From: Candidatus Heimdallarchaeota archaeon
GTDB taxonomy: Archaea > Asgardarchaeota > Heimdallarchaeia > Hodarchaeales > Hodarchaeaceae
Assembly (NCBI GenBank): GCA_019057635.1
Contig: DXJL01000113.1
Coordinates: 51,713-115,712 of the forward strand
Direction: 5' to 3'
DNA length: 64,000 bases
In this document: in pieces, positions 39,540-50,542 of the stretch
How positions within the stretch are numbered: the stretch's first letter is position 1
Layout: each line of letters starts with the position of its first letter
Program-made: the position numbers and the translations under genes
Notes under the pieces: generated by a model
Database searches by the model: none
What the model saw: the letters and a program-made list of their open reading frames with translations, nothing else
Told to the model about the DNA's origin: nothing

Positions 39540-40616
39540 ATGATCATTGGTGTGATAGGATCAAGGGGAACAGTACCGACTGCAAATAATGCCACAACGT
39601 CATTTTTGGTTGACAATAAATTTTTATTTGAATGTCCTTCAGAAATCGTTCAGTCTTTCCATAGGTTCCAGAAGAATTGGCTTAAAGTTATTGAAACTAC
39701 AAAAAGCAGTGAACTTAAGGCTCTAGGTAGGCCAACTTTCGGTAAGATCTCATATATTATCCTTTCTCATCTTCATTTTGATCATTGGGGGGGACTCCCT
39801 CACATTTTACATCGTATTATGCTACTAGAAAGAGAAAAACGAGAAACTGAGCCATTAAATCTTGTAATACCTAAAGGTTCCACAATTCCTTTACAGCAAC
39901 GCATGAAACAGGCATTCTCGCTTGATGACTCAAGTTTTCCACTCCTGGATGATGAATTTCTATATAGGTTCCTTGCTATAGAAGTAGGATCTATTATAAC
40001 TAAAGTTTTGAAGATTAAAGTGATTGAGGTTGGAGAAATAATTACTCCAGAATCAGGATACACTCTTAGCTGTGAACATAATTTTCATCTTCCACAAGGA
40101 TCTGTTGCTTATAAAATTTCTTTTAACAAAGTGAAACTTGATGTGAAAAAAGCTCAACAATTAGGAATTCCCTTCAATTCAACTCTCAGACAAATTGAGG
40201 AAAGTAACTACCCTATACAAATTGAAGGAAATTCCATCAAACGATCAGATATTTTTCGGGATATAAAGGTTGTTCTTGGATATTCCGGAGATACTGCCCT
40301 TAATTCTAAAATTCTTGAATTTTTTTCCGATTGTAACGTGATCATTCATGAAACGACTTATTTAGATTATGATGATAGTTATCATCTTGACCTACACACT
40401 GACCTTCAATCATTAGTTGAGGCATTAGTAGACTTCAAAGATTTATTTCTCCTTTTACCCATTCATTTTTCAATCCGTCATAATTCTAAGGAAATTAAAC
40501 AAGCAATAGATCGAATTGAGAAGAAAGAATTCATGATTAGCAATACGATGACCACATTTATTATTCACGTGAATGAAGAATCGATTGTTGCCTTATATGA
40601 AAAATCGAGTTCATGA
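39540..40616 (+). CDS. rnz: RNase Z-like metallo-beta-lactamase
   Basis: GS.G..P, SHLHFDH..G, exosite-like LGIP, SGDT, IHET, IHFS. Confidence 0.75.
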   Translation: MIIGVIGSRGTVPTANNATTSFLVDNKFLFECPSEIVQSFHRFQKNWLKVIETTKSSELKALGRPTFGKISYIILSHLHFDHWGGLPHILHRIMLLEREKRETEPLNLVIPKGSTIPLQQRMKQAFSLDDSSFPLLDDEFLYRFLAIEVGSIITKVLKIKVIEVGEIITPESGYTLSCEHNFHLPQGSVAYKISFNKVKLDVKKAQQLGIPFNSTLRQIEESNYPIQIEGNSIKRSDIFRDIKVVLGYSGDTALNSKILEFFSDCNVIIHETTYLDYDDSYHLDLHTDLQSLVEALVDFKDLFLLLPIHFSIRHNSKEIKQAIDRIEKKEFMISNTMTTFIIHVNEESIVALYEKSSS

Positions 40617-41486
40617 AATATTTTCAAACCAAAGAGGTAAATTTGAATAACCAGCTTCTTTGGCGATTTTCCTGAAGAGTTTTACAGTTCCTGACCCATA
40701 TTGAAGTGCTTTTTTAGGCTGATTGAAAATTTTTGGCGATAGTCCAAGATTTTCAGCCAACTTCCTAAGAAGAGCTTTTCGTATTGGTTGATCTTTATTT
40801 TCTATAATATGTTTCCTTATTGGTATAGATTGCGCAAATTTAATCACAGTGGGGGAAAGAAAAGGATATACTAGGGTTATTCCAACAAGTCTTGCAATCT
40901 GTTTCTCCATTATCGTCTGATCAGTGACAAGTGAAAGTAAATCATTATGCATCATTTTACTTACCTCTGCTTCCTTAGACTCTCTGTACAGCTCAGCGTA
41001 CTTCTTGTATCCTCCAAAAAGTTCATCTGCTCCCTGTCCTAGAAAAACAACTCTGACATCCTTCTGAGATAAAAACTTCAAACCCACAAATAAGGGAATC
41101 GCAATAGCTAGCTTCCCTACGTCAGAAACCACATTCATCTCAAAAATTCTTTCAATTGCCGAATTAACTACAGAAGAGTCTAACAAACAGACATTAAGTT
41201 CAAATCCTAATTCTCGAGCCCCATTCAAGGCATTTTGGACATCATGGCTTTCTTTAGCTCCAACTGTGACAGGTTTTATTCTTTTTATACCTATTTCTTC
41301 AATTAGAATCTTTATTATAATTGAGGAGTCGATTCCCCCGCTGTAAAGGATACCTACCTCTTCAATACTAAGATTTTGATTAATAAAATCACTTAAATAG
41401 TCTTTTAATTGATTCAAGATAATTCTCCACCAGGACTCCTGACAACAAATTGTGTTTTGATGGTTTCCAATATAAAAAATGAACAA
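40611..41486 (-). CDS. Asparagine synthase C-terminal (adenylation) domain protein
   Basis: SGGIDSS, GQGADELFGGY, PKKALQYGSG; no glutaminase domain. Confidence 0.88.
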   Translation of the reverse strand: MFIFYIGNHQNTICCQESWWRIILNQLKDYLSDFINQNLSIEEVGILYSGGIDSSIIIKILIEEIGIKRIKPVTVGAKESHDVQNALNGARELGFELNVCLLDSSVVNSAIERIFEMNVVSDVGKLAIAIPLFVGLKFLSQKDVRVVFLGQGADELFGGYKKYAELYRESKEAEVSKMMHNDLLSLVTDQTIMEKQIARLVGITLVYPFLSPTVIKFAQSIPIRKHIIENKDQPIRKALLRKLAENLGLSPKIFNQPKKALQYGSGTVKLFRKIAKEAGYSNLPLWFENIS

Positions 41487-41560
41487 CGCTCATTATATAT
41501 TTCTGACGCAAAAAATTTATCACTTATTAAAAATTCTAAGAGATTCGATTATTAGGTACC

Positions 41561-42256
41561 GTGGATAAGTGTGAATACAACGTGTCGAATTCCATCCCCA
41601 AAAAAGGTTTACGAAAGAAATATGAGGCTTTTTTTGCCCCATTTGGTAAGTTCTTAGCGAACACTTGGATAACTCCAAACATGATTTCCATCTTGAGTGT
41701 TGGAGTTAGTATTTGTAGTTGTATTGCGTATTCTTTGGGATCTTTGATAGGAGCAAGCTTAGGATTGTTAGTTGGTACTTTTTTGCTTGGAGTTTCTTCA
41801 TTATTAGATATGATGGATGGAAGTCTAGCAAGAGCTAAGGGGATTGCCGGTCACTTTGGGGCATTATTAGATCGGACTTTAGATAGACTTTCAGAATTTT
41901 TCTTTTTGTTCGGTATTATGATTGGAGGATATGTTACCCCTGAATTGGTATTTTTTTGCTTTGAAGGAATGATCCTTGCAAGCTATGTGCGTTCGACTGC
42001 AGAACTTCGTGGTGGCTTAAATATGGATTCTACCAAAGGTATCTTTGAAAGAAAAGAGAAATTAACACTTTTAGCCATTGGCTGCCTTTTAGAGATTCTA
42101 ATCATCGAAAATATCTTCTCGGATCTCTGGTCTTTCACCAATTTTGGCATTCTTTCAGTTATTGTCTTGATAATTGGTATTGCCTCGAATATATCGGCAT
42201 TTCAGCGTCTCCTCTATGCCCGAGATTATCATGCCACTCACGATATAAGTAAGTGA
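41561..42256 (+). CDS. CDP-alcohol phosphatidyltransferase
   Basis: TPN; DMMDGSLAR...FGALLDRTLDR; SYVR. Confidence 0.93.
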   Translation: MDKCEYNVSNSIPKKGLRKKYEAFFAPFGKFLANTWITPNMISILSVGVSICSCIAYSLGSLIGASLGLLVGTFLLGVSSLLDMMDGSLARAKGIAGHFGALLDRTLDRLSEFFFLFGIMIGGYVTPELVFFCFEGMILASYVRSTAELRGGLNMDSTKGIFERKEKLTLLAIGCLLEILIIENIFSDLWSFTNFGILSVIVLIIGIASNISAFQRLLYARDYHATHDISK

Positions 42257-42271
42257 AATCTCTAGACTAGG

Positions 42272-43573
42272 CTAGAATTTTCGTTTGGGGTTCTTAATCT
42301 TGATTTTCTTTTTGCAAATTGGACAAAACCCACGAATTTTCAGCCATTCTGCGAGATGTGAATAATGTGCGGGTGATCCACACTCAGGACACCTTACTAA
42401 TCTAGTTATGTCGGTAACTTTCGTTCGACATACTGAACAGTTCTCCTCAACTCTTTGATCGGTAGGAAAAACAGATTCAGCTGATAGGAAAGTCGAACCG
42501 CCAGATGAAACAGCTTCGATATTCTTCGCACGAACTTGGAATGATTTTGCAGCTTGCTTTGATCTCACTAGTTCTGCAGCTTGTCGATAAAGAGAAGCTG
42601 AGTAGGTAGGATTATGTTCCTCATTAGCTAAAGCAGCCTCTGCGTATACAAATCCAGGTACTTCATCACCAAAGCTTTCGACAAGTTCTTCATAGAGAGC
42701 TACAGATTGATTGAGATTTTTCTTTCTTAGGAGATCTCTAGCTGAATCCAAAACCTTCAATCGTCTATCAAATTCTTGTATTTTCTCTCTTATTTTTTGA
42801 TTTTCGTTTTCAGTTTCTCCCTCGTTTTCCTCGGTTAAATTACTTAACAGTCCATTTGTGATACTTAAGGAACGTCTAACTTGTTCAATGTCTCCGCTTG
42901 TGAAGCTTTTTTGAATATCACGAATATATCGATTTAATGCTTTTTTTGGATGACTCGTCGTAGAAAGATATTCTTTGGCTAATGAGTCAAAACCCTGCTT
43001 TTTTAATTCTGAAGCGGCTGCAATCAGTACAGTATTTGCTTCCTCTTCAGCTCCCATTGCTCTAAGAAGCTCTGAAGCCTCAAGGAACTTTTGATTGGAA
43101 TAAGCATGCCGAGCTAAATTCCTTATTGCTTGGTCACGATTATGGATAAACTGTGAGTTTTGATCAATGACTTGGATTGCTGCTGGAATAAAATCAGTTC
43201 CTCCAATGTCAATATAGGCTTTTGCTGCTGCAAAAGGTTTTCTGGCAAAAATAAATGCTTTAGAGGATTTGTGAGGATCGTTCTTTGCTCCATAAATCCG
43301 AGCCAGATTAAGAAAGGCTCTTTCGATGTTTCGAGGAGGAAATTTTCTCTCCATACTTCTGAGCGCTAAAATTTGAGAAGCTTCTGGTGTTCGCATTACC
43401 ATATCTGCTGCTTGACTTATCGAAATTTTTGAGTATATCTCCAAAGCGTCTAGATATCTTCCTTGCTGTTCTAAATTGATTGCATTTTGTACTCGTTTAC
43501 CTTTAGAGCCCCAAATTTTACGTATAAATATTATTACGACCCCAATTATAATTAGATATATTATGGTATCCAT
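42272..43573 (-). CDS. N-terminally membrane-anchored alpha-solenoid protein with C-terminal RING-like finger
   Basis: TM at residues 3-17; helical repeats; CSVC...CPEC...H..HL.EWL...CPIC. Confidence 0.8.
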   Translation of the reverse strand: MDTIIYLIIIGVVIIFIRKIWGSKGKRVQNAINLEQQGRYLDALEIYSKISISQAADMVMRTPEASQILALRSMERKFPPRNIERAFLNLARIYGAKNDPHKSSKAFIFARKPFAAAKAYIDIGGTDFIPAAIQVIDQNSQFIHNRDQAIRNLARHAYSNQKFLEASELLRAMGAEEEANTVLIAAASELKKQGFDSLAKEYLSTTSHPKKALNRYIRDIQKSFTSGDIEQVRRSLSITNGLLSNLTEENEGETENENQKIREKIQEFDRRLKVLDSARDLLRKKNLNQSVALYEELVESFGDEVPGFVYAEAALANEEHNPTYSASLYRQAAELVRSKQAAKSFQVRAKNIEAVSSGGSTFLSAESVFPTDQRVEENCSVCRTKVTDITRLVRCPECGSPAHYSHLAEWLKIRGFCPICKKKIKIKNPKRKF

Positions 43574-43974
43574 TTACGAAAATTACCACCGAAAAGATTA
43601 GTTAATTTATCCAAACACCTGATTTCAAAGGTCTTGGCAAATTTCTACAACGTATTGTTCACTGAAAGACTCGACAACCTAAATGTGGTGCTTTGTATAA
43701 TTATTTACTTTCAAATTTTTAAGATTTTTCTGTTTCGGAATATGTGATTCCAGTTCCTATGTTTGTGGACGAAATCCTAGCATGAATGTATTTCTAAATG
43801 TGAATAAAAAAGTTAACCGAACTATTTTGATAGAAATAGCGAGTTCTCTCTTCTATTCAACATTTTCTTCGGAATCTGTACAATAAGGCATTCAGTCATG
43901 ATATCTGGAAGACATGCTTCTATTAATTCTAAAATTGGAGATCTCTATTTGTTAAAGAATAGAAGGAAAATACT

Positions 43975-44280
43975 ATGTCTTCTTGGCAATCATTCTTCAA
44001 TCAGCTTACAAAACCCTCAAAACAGGACAATCAAGCATCTTATGATATTATATGTCAATGTGAGAAAGGGAAATTGATAGTCATAAATGGTTCTAACTTC
44101 GAAACCTCTACCAACTGTTCTATGGATTTATTTTGCAGTATCATTCAGATAGACAAACATCGAGCTAAAACCTTTAATAATAAAATAACCATTATTCCAT
44201 GGAAGTCAGGAATGGATGAAGAAGATCCCCATGATAAGATAATCTCACTTGATCATTTGCTGGAGAAAAAGGAAATTTAA
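43975..44280 (+). CDS. Hypothetical protein
   Basis: 101-aa ORF with an upstream AAGGA; no recognised motif. Confidence 0.5.
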   Translation: MSSWQSFFNQLTKPSKQDNQASYDIICQCEKGKLIVINGSNFETSTNCSMDLFCSIIQIDKHRAKTFNNKITIIPWKSGMDEEDPHDKIISLDHLLEKKEI

Positions 44281-44281
44281 T

Positions 44282-44638
44282 ATGATCAAATTTGTCTGAC
44301 AAAAATATATTCTCAGTTTCACCTCACTCTCTCTCTGAATATCTTAAAAAGTCTCCTCCCCTCAAATCCTTAAGAATCAGAGATAATGAATAAAGAGAGC
44401 TCAGTGTTTCTGGAATACCTCCCTCGTAACTACGTTAGACGATTTACCTGTCAAAGGCAAGGGAGGTAAGACCAGTGGTTTCAGAAATTCGAGGAATTAA
44501 AAGAGAATGCCAACCCCAAAGTAACAATTAGTCCCACGAAAACGAATTCTTTATTGAATTGGTTTTTTCGGATAGTGGATGTGTGATTCATCCTGTCCAG
44601 AATCCGGTTTCACTGCATTGTCTGACAAATTTAGTCAT
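44282..44638. ncRNA. Candidate structured ncRNA or MITE-like element bounded by 21-bp imperfect inverted repeats
   Basis: atgatcaaatttgtctgacaa / ttgtctgacaaatttagtcat; four internal hairpins separated by GTTTC-like linkers. Confidence 0.45.
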
Positions 44639-44660
44639 GCCAATTAAATTATGAGCCCCT

Positions 44661-46901
44661 TCAAATGGCTCCTGAAATCTTCTTTATGGCTTTGATCAAT
44701 AGACCGTTGGCTTCTTTCCACGTTAATCCTGTTTTTCCCAAAGTTTGGCCCCAAGTTCTTCCTTGAAGAATTCTAGAAATCAGTAGCATTTCTTGAGATG
44801 AACTTAATTTGATATCTAAAGGTGTTACAAAATACGCAATTGCTAACTCTTGCAGTACGTCCACAGCTAATAAAAAATTTAGATATCCTGCATTATATTT
44901 TTTCAAACGGTAATTTCCGCTCTGGGTAATTCTAACCTGGTAGTTTGGAATTGAAACACACGACTGCATAATTAGAAGTACCAATTCAGGCTTTAGCTCA
45001 AATAAAGACTGTTTCAATAAATGAATAAACTGAAAGAAGAAATCACGAGAAGTTTGTTCAATAAATACTTGTGCTTGATCCGAAAGTGGTTTAACAAGAA
45101 CAATATTCCATTCCGAAGTCTCAGGAGTCTTTATTGGTCGAATATGGATAATTTTGAATCCAAACTTCTTCCAGAATTTTAGAAGTTTGACTGTTGCTCC
45201 AAAACTCACCCCGATCCAATCAAGTGTATTATATTGTTTGAGAATTCTCTCGATTGCCATTCTCCCTAAACCTTTATTTTTTAATTCAGGATGTGTGGCG
45301 ATTCTAACAATTCTTAAACCCTTAAGTTTCGCAAAATCAGGAGAAAAATATCGAATTCCAATTGCAGGAATAAGATCTCCTTCAATAAAATGGCCTTCAT
45401 CAATTTTTAATGCAATATTATCAGGTAAAGCTCCCTCTTTGGCTAGTTGACATGCTAGAAGAATAGAATTATGTCTATCCTGGATTGAACCAGTAAGATA
45501 CGCAAGAGAATGTCGATATGAATCCGCAATCAATAACAGATCATTAGGTTGATTTCTATAATGAGAATAAATTAACAATCCCATTACTTCTCTTAGTAAT
45601 TCAAAATTTCTTTCAGAAAACAATTCTGAAGGCTCATTGAGGGTTAATAATTTAGCGTTGTTATTTAGATTATTGAATTCATCTATTTCAATCGATGGTT
45701 TCTCCACTTGTAAGAGGAATGTGTTTTTCAAGAGTTCTTCAATTGAATCACCTTCAGCATAACGAATTGGGTTATTAAGTGTATATACTTGATGCTCAAA
45801 ACGGGGTCGTTTCTTTATCATATTCAAGATTTTGTGTTGGAAACTCCTTCCAGTACCCTCATAACCGTGAATGGTTGATATTAGAATCTTTTTATTCTTA
45901 CTAAAAAGAAATTCAGTTAGTTTCTCTTGTGGAAAAGCGGCAGCTTCATCAACAATTAAGATGTCTGTTTTTATATCCTTTGAAATTTCTTCTGGATTAC
46001 GATATTCTATCTTGCTCCCCTTAGTAAGATATATCCCTACTATTTGATCATCTGATTTCTGGATACGAAATTCTAGGTTATTCTTTTCTAAGCCTAAAGA
46101 CAGAAATAAGAAAACGCTTTGGGTTTGAGAAATAGTCTGAGCAGTAATTGTGACCCGACACTTTTGTGATTTAAAGTTAATCAATGTGTAAGCTATGGCT
46201 AGACCTGTAGCAGCGGATTTTCCTCTTCCACGATCAGCAACAATTACACTTATCTTACTTGAATTACTTTTCTCTCCAAGTTCTTTAGCAAGAGAGAGGA
46301 TTAAATTGTACTGACTAACTGAAACTGGGATTTTTAGGAGTTCTTCTGAAAGAATTTTCGTCATTGAAATTGGATTATAATAAGGATAAAGATCTTTTTC
46401 CTCATTAACAGCCGTAATACAGTTAGTACTGGCCTTAATCTCCTGAAGAAATCTATCTAGTAAATTTGACCTTTTTGAATGAATGAATCGATGTTTATTC
46501 ACAGATTTAATCCACAGATCATATTTTTCTCCAATTAGTATGATCAATCCTCCCCCAAGTACTGTTTCGCTCAATAAAATCAATTTATTTGGATCAAATT
46601 TCTGTCTGAGGTCAATAACTATGAAATCATGTGTTAATCCAAGTAAAGAGCTGACTTCTCTAAGATAATACTTCTTAACCTTAGGGAAATATTTTACTTT
46701 TTTGACTATTCGACCAAAAAACTTGTCTTGAAATAATGATTCTTCTCCAATGATTACACCCCTGATGGATATTTGATTTGAATTAACAAGAGAATCAAAA
46801 AAATTTAGTAAAGAAGCAACAGCTTTCTCAAGAGAATCGAAGAGAACAAGAGTTCTAGAATTAATCTCGGATTGAACACGATTTTGAGAGAAATGTTGCA
46901 T
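44661..46901 (-). CDS. tmcA: RNA cytidine acetyltransferase TmcA/Nat10
   Basis: ADRGRGKS, VDEAA, STIHGYEGTGR, HYRNQPNDL, RIVRIATHP GNAT. Confidence 0.95.
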   Translation of the reverse strand: MQHFSQNRVQSEINSRTLVLFDSLEKAVASLLNFFDSLVNSNQISIRGVIIGEESLFQDKFFGRIVKKVKYFPKVKKYYLREVSSLLGLTHDFIVIDLRQKFDPNKLILLSETVLGGGLIILIGEKYDLWIKSVNKHRFIHSKRSNLLDRFLQEIKASTNCITAVNEEKDLYPYYNPISMTKILSEELLKIPVSVSQYNLILSLAKELGEKSNSSKISVIVADRGRGKSAATGLAIAYTLINFKSQKCRVTITAQTISQTQSVFLFLSLGLEKNNLEFRIQKSDDQIVGIYLTKGSKIEYRNPEEISKDIKTDILIVDEAAAFPQEKLTEFLFSKNKKILISTIHGYEGTGRSFQHKILNMIKKRPRFEHQVYTLNNPIRYAEGDSIEELLKNTFLLQVEKPSIEIDEFNNLNNNAKLLTLNEPSELFSERNFELLREVMGLLIYSHYRNQPNDLLLIADSYRHSLAYLTGSIQDRHNSILLACQLAKEGALPDNIALKIDEGHFIEGDLIPAIGIRYFSPDFAKLKGLRIVRIATHPELKNKGLGRMAIERILKQYNTLDWIGVSFGATVKLLKFWKKFGFKIIHIRPIKTPETSEWNIVLVKPLSDQAQVFIEQTSRDFFFQFIHLLKQSLFELKPELVLLIMQSCVSIPNYQVRITQSGNYRLKKYNAGYLNFLLAVDVLQELAIAYFVTPLDIKLSSSQEMLLISRILQGRTWGQTLGKTGLTWKEANGLLIKAIKKISGAI

Positions 46902-46914
46902 ATTAACACTTCTC

Positions 46915-47478
46915 TCATTCTACTTTAATTTTTGTAACTCGTTTCTTCATCGTAGCAAGGATTTCGTTACAAACTTCAAGTGCAATTTCATGTTCTGTTT
47001 TTATCGTTTCAACTTCAGAAACGATTTTTCTTTGTTCTGAATGTGAAATTCGCTTATCAAGTAGTTGTTTAATAGTGTTTAAGCGTGGAAAGCTACTACA
47101 GATATGAGATTGATTACCTCTTATTTCATTAGTTTCTGATTTCTGAATAAACTTTGCCACTCCAGGAAAAAGTGTGTAATATAGCCGAGGTCTTCCTGGA
47201 CCTTCTCCAGGTCGTTCTTTTCCAACGACAAGATTTTGCTTCTTTAGAACATCAAGATGTCTAATGATGGATTGGGGATGATCGTTTAATCGTTTAACAA
47301 GATCATTAACGAATCCTTCCTTATGAGCCAATTCTACTAGCATTCGTCTCCTCGTACGATTTGAGAGTAAATGCAAAATTTTATCAATTCCTTGATAGTT
47401 TAAGGATTTGTTACTTTCTATCTGATATGAGAGGATCTTTAGAATTAATTCTATCTCATCATTTGGATTATTACTCAT
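46915..47478 (-). CDS. ArsR-type winged-helix regulator (Phr/HSR1-like)
   Basis: LSNRTRRRML, IIRHLDVL, GRPRLYY, C-terminal coiled coil. Confidence 0.8.
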   Translation of the reverse strand: MSNNPNDEIELILKILSYQIESNKSLNYQGIDKILHLLSNRTRRRMLVELAHKEGFVNDLVKRLNDHPQSIIRHLDVLKKQNLVVGKERPGEGPGRPRLYYTLFPGVAKFIQKSETNEIRGNQSHICSSFPRLNTIKQLLDKRISHSEQRKIVSEVETIKTEHEIALEVCNEILATMKKRVTKIKVE

Positions 47479-47490
47479 TTACTTCACCTT

Positions 47491-48285
47491 TTAGACAAAA
47501 AATTGTGAATCGGTTGAAAAAATACTCTTATCATCAGGAATTCTTTCTTTGGAAGCCTGAAATGTGTCTTTAAAGATAGATACTTCCTTTAAAAGATTTG
47601 AAAAATCATGTTCAATCTTAAAATCGTGTGTAAATACTTTTAACAATTCTAATGCTGAAACAGGATCATATTCAGCGAAAGAATCAACAGTAAGCAATTC
47701 AATTGGTATATTTTCAACATTCGAAAAATAAGTCAGAAAAGAGCTGGCAGCCTGTCCCATCATTGTAAAATCGGAATCAATACTTTCTTTAAACTCAACT
47801 CCTGATTTTGAGGAATTCACCCAATGAACTTGTGGGACTGATGATGGATCTCGGCGAAAATTATGCACTCCATCAATTATGATAATTTTTGAAGGATTTA
47901 ATCTCAAGTAAAAAGACCATAATTCCTCAGCAAGCTGATAACTGATTACATCAGGAATTGCAAAACTGCTAGTTGTGAGAATAAAACGGTTTGATCCGAT
48001 TTTGACCTGAACCAACGAGATTGGGAGGAGGATATCTTCATCAATTAGTTGGATCATTTCATTGAAGTAACTAGAAAAGACACCTGCCAGTTTTATGCTC
48101 TTTTGACTAAGTATTTGTAATTCTTTTGTGACGGTTTGTGCAACTGCTCCATAATATCCTAATAACTCTAAAATTATAATCCCGTCAACGTTATCCGGGA
48201 TAGATCTTCCTAGAAACCTTAATGTTTCTTCCTCGGCCTTTTCTAACCATTCCTCAATTTCTTCGGTTAATTTCTCAAGATGCAT
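47491..48285 (-). CDS. Divergent PAC2-family proteasome chaperone
   Basis: LGYYGAVAQ, IIIIDG, DPVSALELL. Confidence 0.65.
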   Translation of the reverse strand: MHLEKLTEEIEEWLEKAEEETLRFLGRSIPDNVDGIIILELLGYYGAVAQTVTKELQILSQKSIKLAGVFSSYFNEMIQLIDEDILLPISLVQVKIGSNRFILTTSSFAIPDVISYQLAEELWSFYLRLNPSKIIIIDGVHNFRRDPSSVPQVHWVNSSKSGVEFKESIDSDFTMMGQAASSFLTYFSNVENIPIELLTVDSFAEYDPVSALELLKVFTHDFKIEHDFSNLLKEVSIFKDTFQASKERIPDDKSIFSTDSQFFV

Positions 48286-48307
48286 AAAATCACGTCGATA
48301 AATAGCT

Positions 48308-50506
48308 TCATAAAATATCCCTGTAACGATGTTTCGAAGACGTACGAATAGTGCTTACTGCTTTCTCAAAATCATCCATTCTTATTTTCGGTTTTTTTGT
48401 TTCAGTCAAATTTTGAATTTCTATATCAGTAGGTATTTGATTTTTCTCCTTGATTTGAGATAAAAATCGTGATGTAGCATAAGAAGAAGCTAAATTCACA
48501 ACGCTTTTCAAATCAGCTCCACTGAAACCATCTGTAATTTTTGCTAGAGAATCTATTGATATTTTAGGGTCTAATGGTTTGTTCTTGATATGAATCTGTA
48601 GTATTTTTCCTCTCGCAACAGAATCGGGTAATGGCAGAGTAATGATATGATCGAACCTACCTGGTCGTAAAACTGCAGGATCTATCATATCAGGCCGGTT
48701 GGTTGCGCCAATAACAATTATATCTGCAATTTCTTCCAATCCATCCATTTCAGTAAGTAGAGTGGTAACTAATCTTTCAGAGCTGGGATTAGATTCATTT
48801 CGGACAGGGAAAATCGTATCCATTTCGTCAAAAAATACTATGCATGGAGTAGTCAATCTCGCTTTCCGAAATATTTCTTGAATTGTTCGTTCGCTCTCTC
48901 CAATCCATTTTGAATGGATTTCAGCACCCTTAATAGAAATAAAATTTCTTGATGATTGATTAGCAACTGCTTTTACTATCAAAGTTTTTCCTGTACCTGG
49001 TGAGCCTGTTAGTAATATTCCTCGGGGTGGTTCACTTCCCATGTACCTATATAATGAGGGAAAAATTGTTGGCCACTCAATTGCCTCGCGTAATTGTTGC
49101 TTTACCTCATCTAATCCTCCTATATCATCCCAACCTACAGTGGGAATATCTATAAGAACTTCTCGCAGTGCACTCGGTTTAATCCCCCTTAGGGCATTTT
49201 CAAAATCTTCAGCAGTTACAGAAATTTGATTCAATAATTCTACGGATATCGATTCTCCCCATACAATTTTTGGGAACAGACGTCTTATCGCTTTCATTCC
49301 AGCTTCTTTCGTCAAAGAAGAAAGATCGGCGCCAACAAATCCTTTAGTGTGTTCAACAATCTTACTCATATCGACGTCTTCAGCCAATGGCATATATCTT
49401 GTTTGTATTTCGAGAATAACTTTTCTAGCCTCGGATGTTGGAACTGGAATCTCGATCTCCCTATCAAATCGTCCAGGGCGCCGTAATGCAGGATCAATTG
49501 AATTTGGTCTATTAGTTGCTCCGATAACTATCGTTTCACCTCTCCCGCTTAAACCATCCATTAAAGATAACATCTGTGAAACAACACGACGTTCTACTTC
49601 TCCTGAACCTTGATCATCCCTCTTAGGTGCAATACTATCAATTTCATCAATAAATATGATACTTGGTTCATTCTTTGCTGCTTCATCAAATATTTCTCTG
49701 ATTTTCTGTTCACTCTCTCCGTAGAATTTTGACATGATTTCTGGCCCAGAAACATGCATAAAATGAGAAGCTGATTCACTAGCAACTGCTTTTGCTAGTA
49801 ATGTTTTTCCAGTGCCAGGTGGTCCGTGTAATAGAACACCTTTCGGAGGATTTACTCCCAAGCGTTGAAAAAGCTCGGGATAACGCATGGGTAGTTCAAC
49901 CATTTCTCTTAGATTTTTGATTGTTTCATCTAATCCTCCAATATCTTCATAGGAGACCCGTGGAATAGCTTCGTTTTCTGTTTGTTCCTTAAGGGAAGTT
50001 GATTCTTTCGATTCGATTATAATTTCAGTTTGTTTGTCTACTACAACTGATTCACTGTCTGGTTGGACCTCTATAACTTTATACTCAAAGATATTGTCCA
50101 TAGAACCAAACCGCATTTGATCACCAATTGAAAGCGCTCTTCCCTGCAATTTCTGATGGAAAAATACCTGGGCATTTCCAATTATATTTGCTGATGTAGA
50201 AAGTAGAGTAACTGCCGTCGCTGTAAGGGTTACAGCTTTCCGAATGATTACATTATCATCTAAATGAACACCTGCATTCTGTCTAGTAATTCGATCAATT
50301 AGAATGATATCCAGTGATTCACCACTAGTATAGGCTGGCCATACAATTGCTGAAGTTTTTAATGAATTCTTTCCCTCTACTTCAATTACATCTCCAGATT
50401 GTAAACTAAGTTGACTCATAATTCTTTTAGCAATACGGGCAATTCCTTTTCCTACATCACGGTATTGTGCTTCAGCAACTTTAAGCTGGTACTCATCAGA
50501 TTTCAC
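48308..50506 (-). CDS. cdc48: CDC48/p97 (VAT) AAA+ ATPase
   Basis: N domain plus two AAA modules ([22 protein letters not shown]). Confidence 0.96.
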   Translation of the reverse strand: MKSDEYQLKVAEAQYRDVGKGIARIAKRIMSQLSLQSGDVIEVEGKNSLKTSAIVWPAYTSGESLDIILIDRITRQNAGVHLDDNVIIRKAVTLTATAVTLLSTSANIIGNAQVFFHQKLQGRALSIGDQMRFGSMDNIFEYKVIEVQPDSESVVVDKQTEIIIESKESTSLKEQTENEAIPRVSYEDIGGLDETIKNLREMVELPMRYPELFQRLGVNPPKGVLLHGPPGTGKTLLAKAVASESASHFMHVSGPEIMSKFYGESEQKIREIFDEAAKNEPSIIFIDEIDSIAPKRDDQGSGEVERRVVSQMLSLMDGLSGRGETIVIGATNRPNSIDPALRRPGRFDREIEIPVPTSEARKVILEIQTRYMPLAEDVDMSKIVEHTKGFVGADLSSLTKEAGMKAIRRLFPKIVWGESISVELLNQISVTAEDFENALRGIKPSALREVLIDIPTVGWDDIGGLDEVKQQLREAIEWPTIFPSLYRYMGSEPPRGILLTGSPGTGKTLIVKAVANQSSRNFISIKGAEIHSKWIGESERTIQEIFRKARLTTPCIVFFDEMDTIFPVRNESNPSSERLVTTLLTEMDGLEEIADIIVIGATNRPDMIDPAVLRPGRFDHIITLPLPDSVARGKILQIHIKNKPLDPKISIDSLAKITDGFSGADLKSVVNLASSYATSRFLSQIKEKNQIPTDIEIQNLTETKKPKIRMDDFEKAVSTIRTSSKHRYRDIL

Positions 50507-50542
50507 TTTTCTTTATCTCCAGTCAAAGCTGCATAGATTGCA

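Noticed and set aside
44282-44638. Calling this element RNase P RNA or SRP RNA
   Set aside because: CCAGAAA, TGAAAC and CAGAATCCGG resemble RNase P motifs, but I found no GAGGAAAGUCC/P4 pairing and no SRP helix 8 motif; it is left unassigned.
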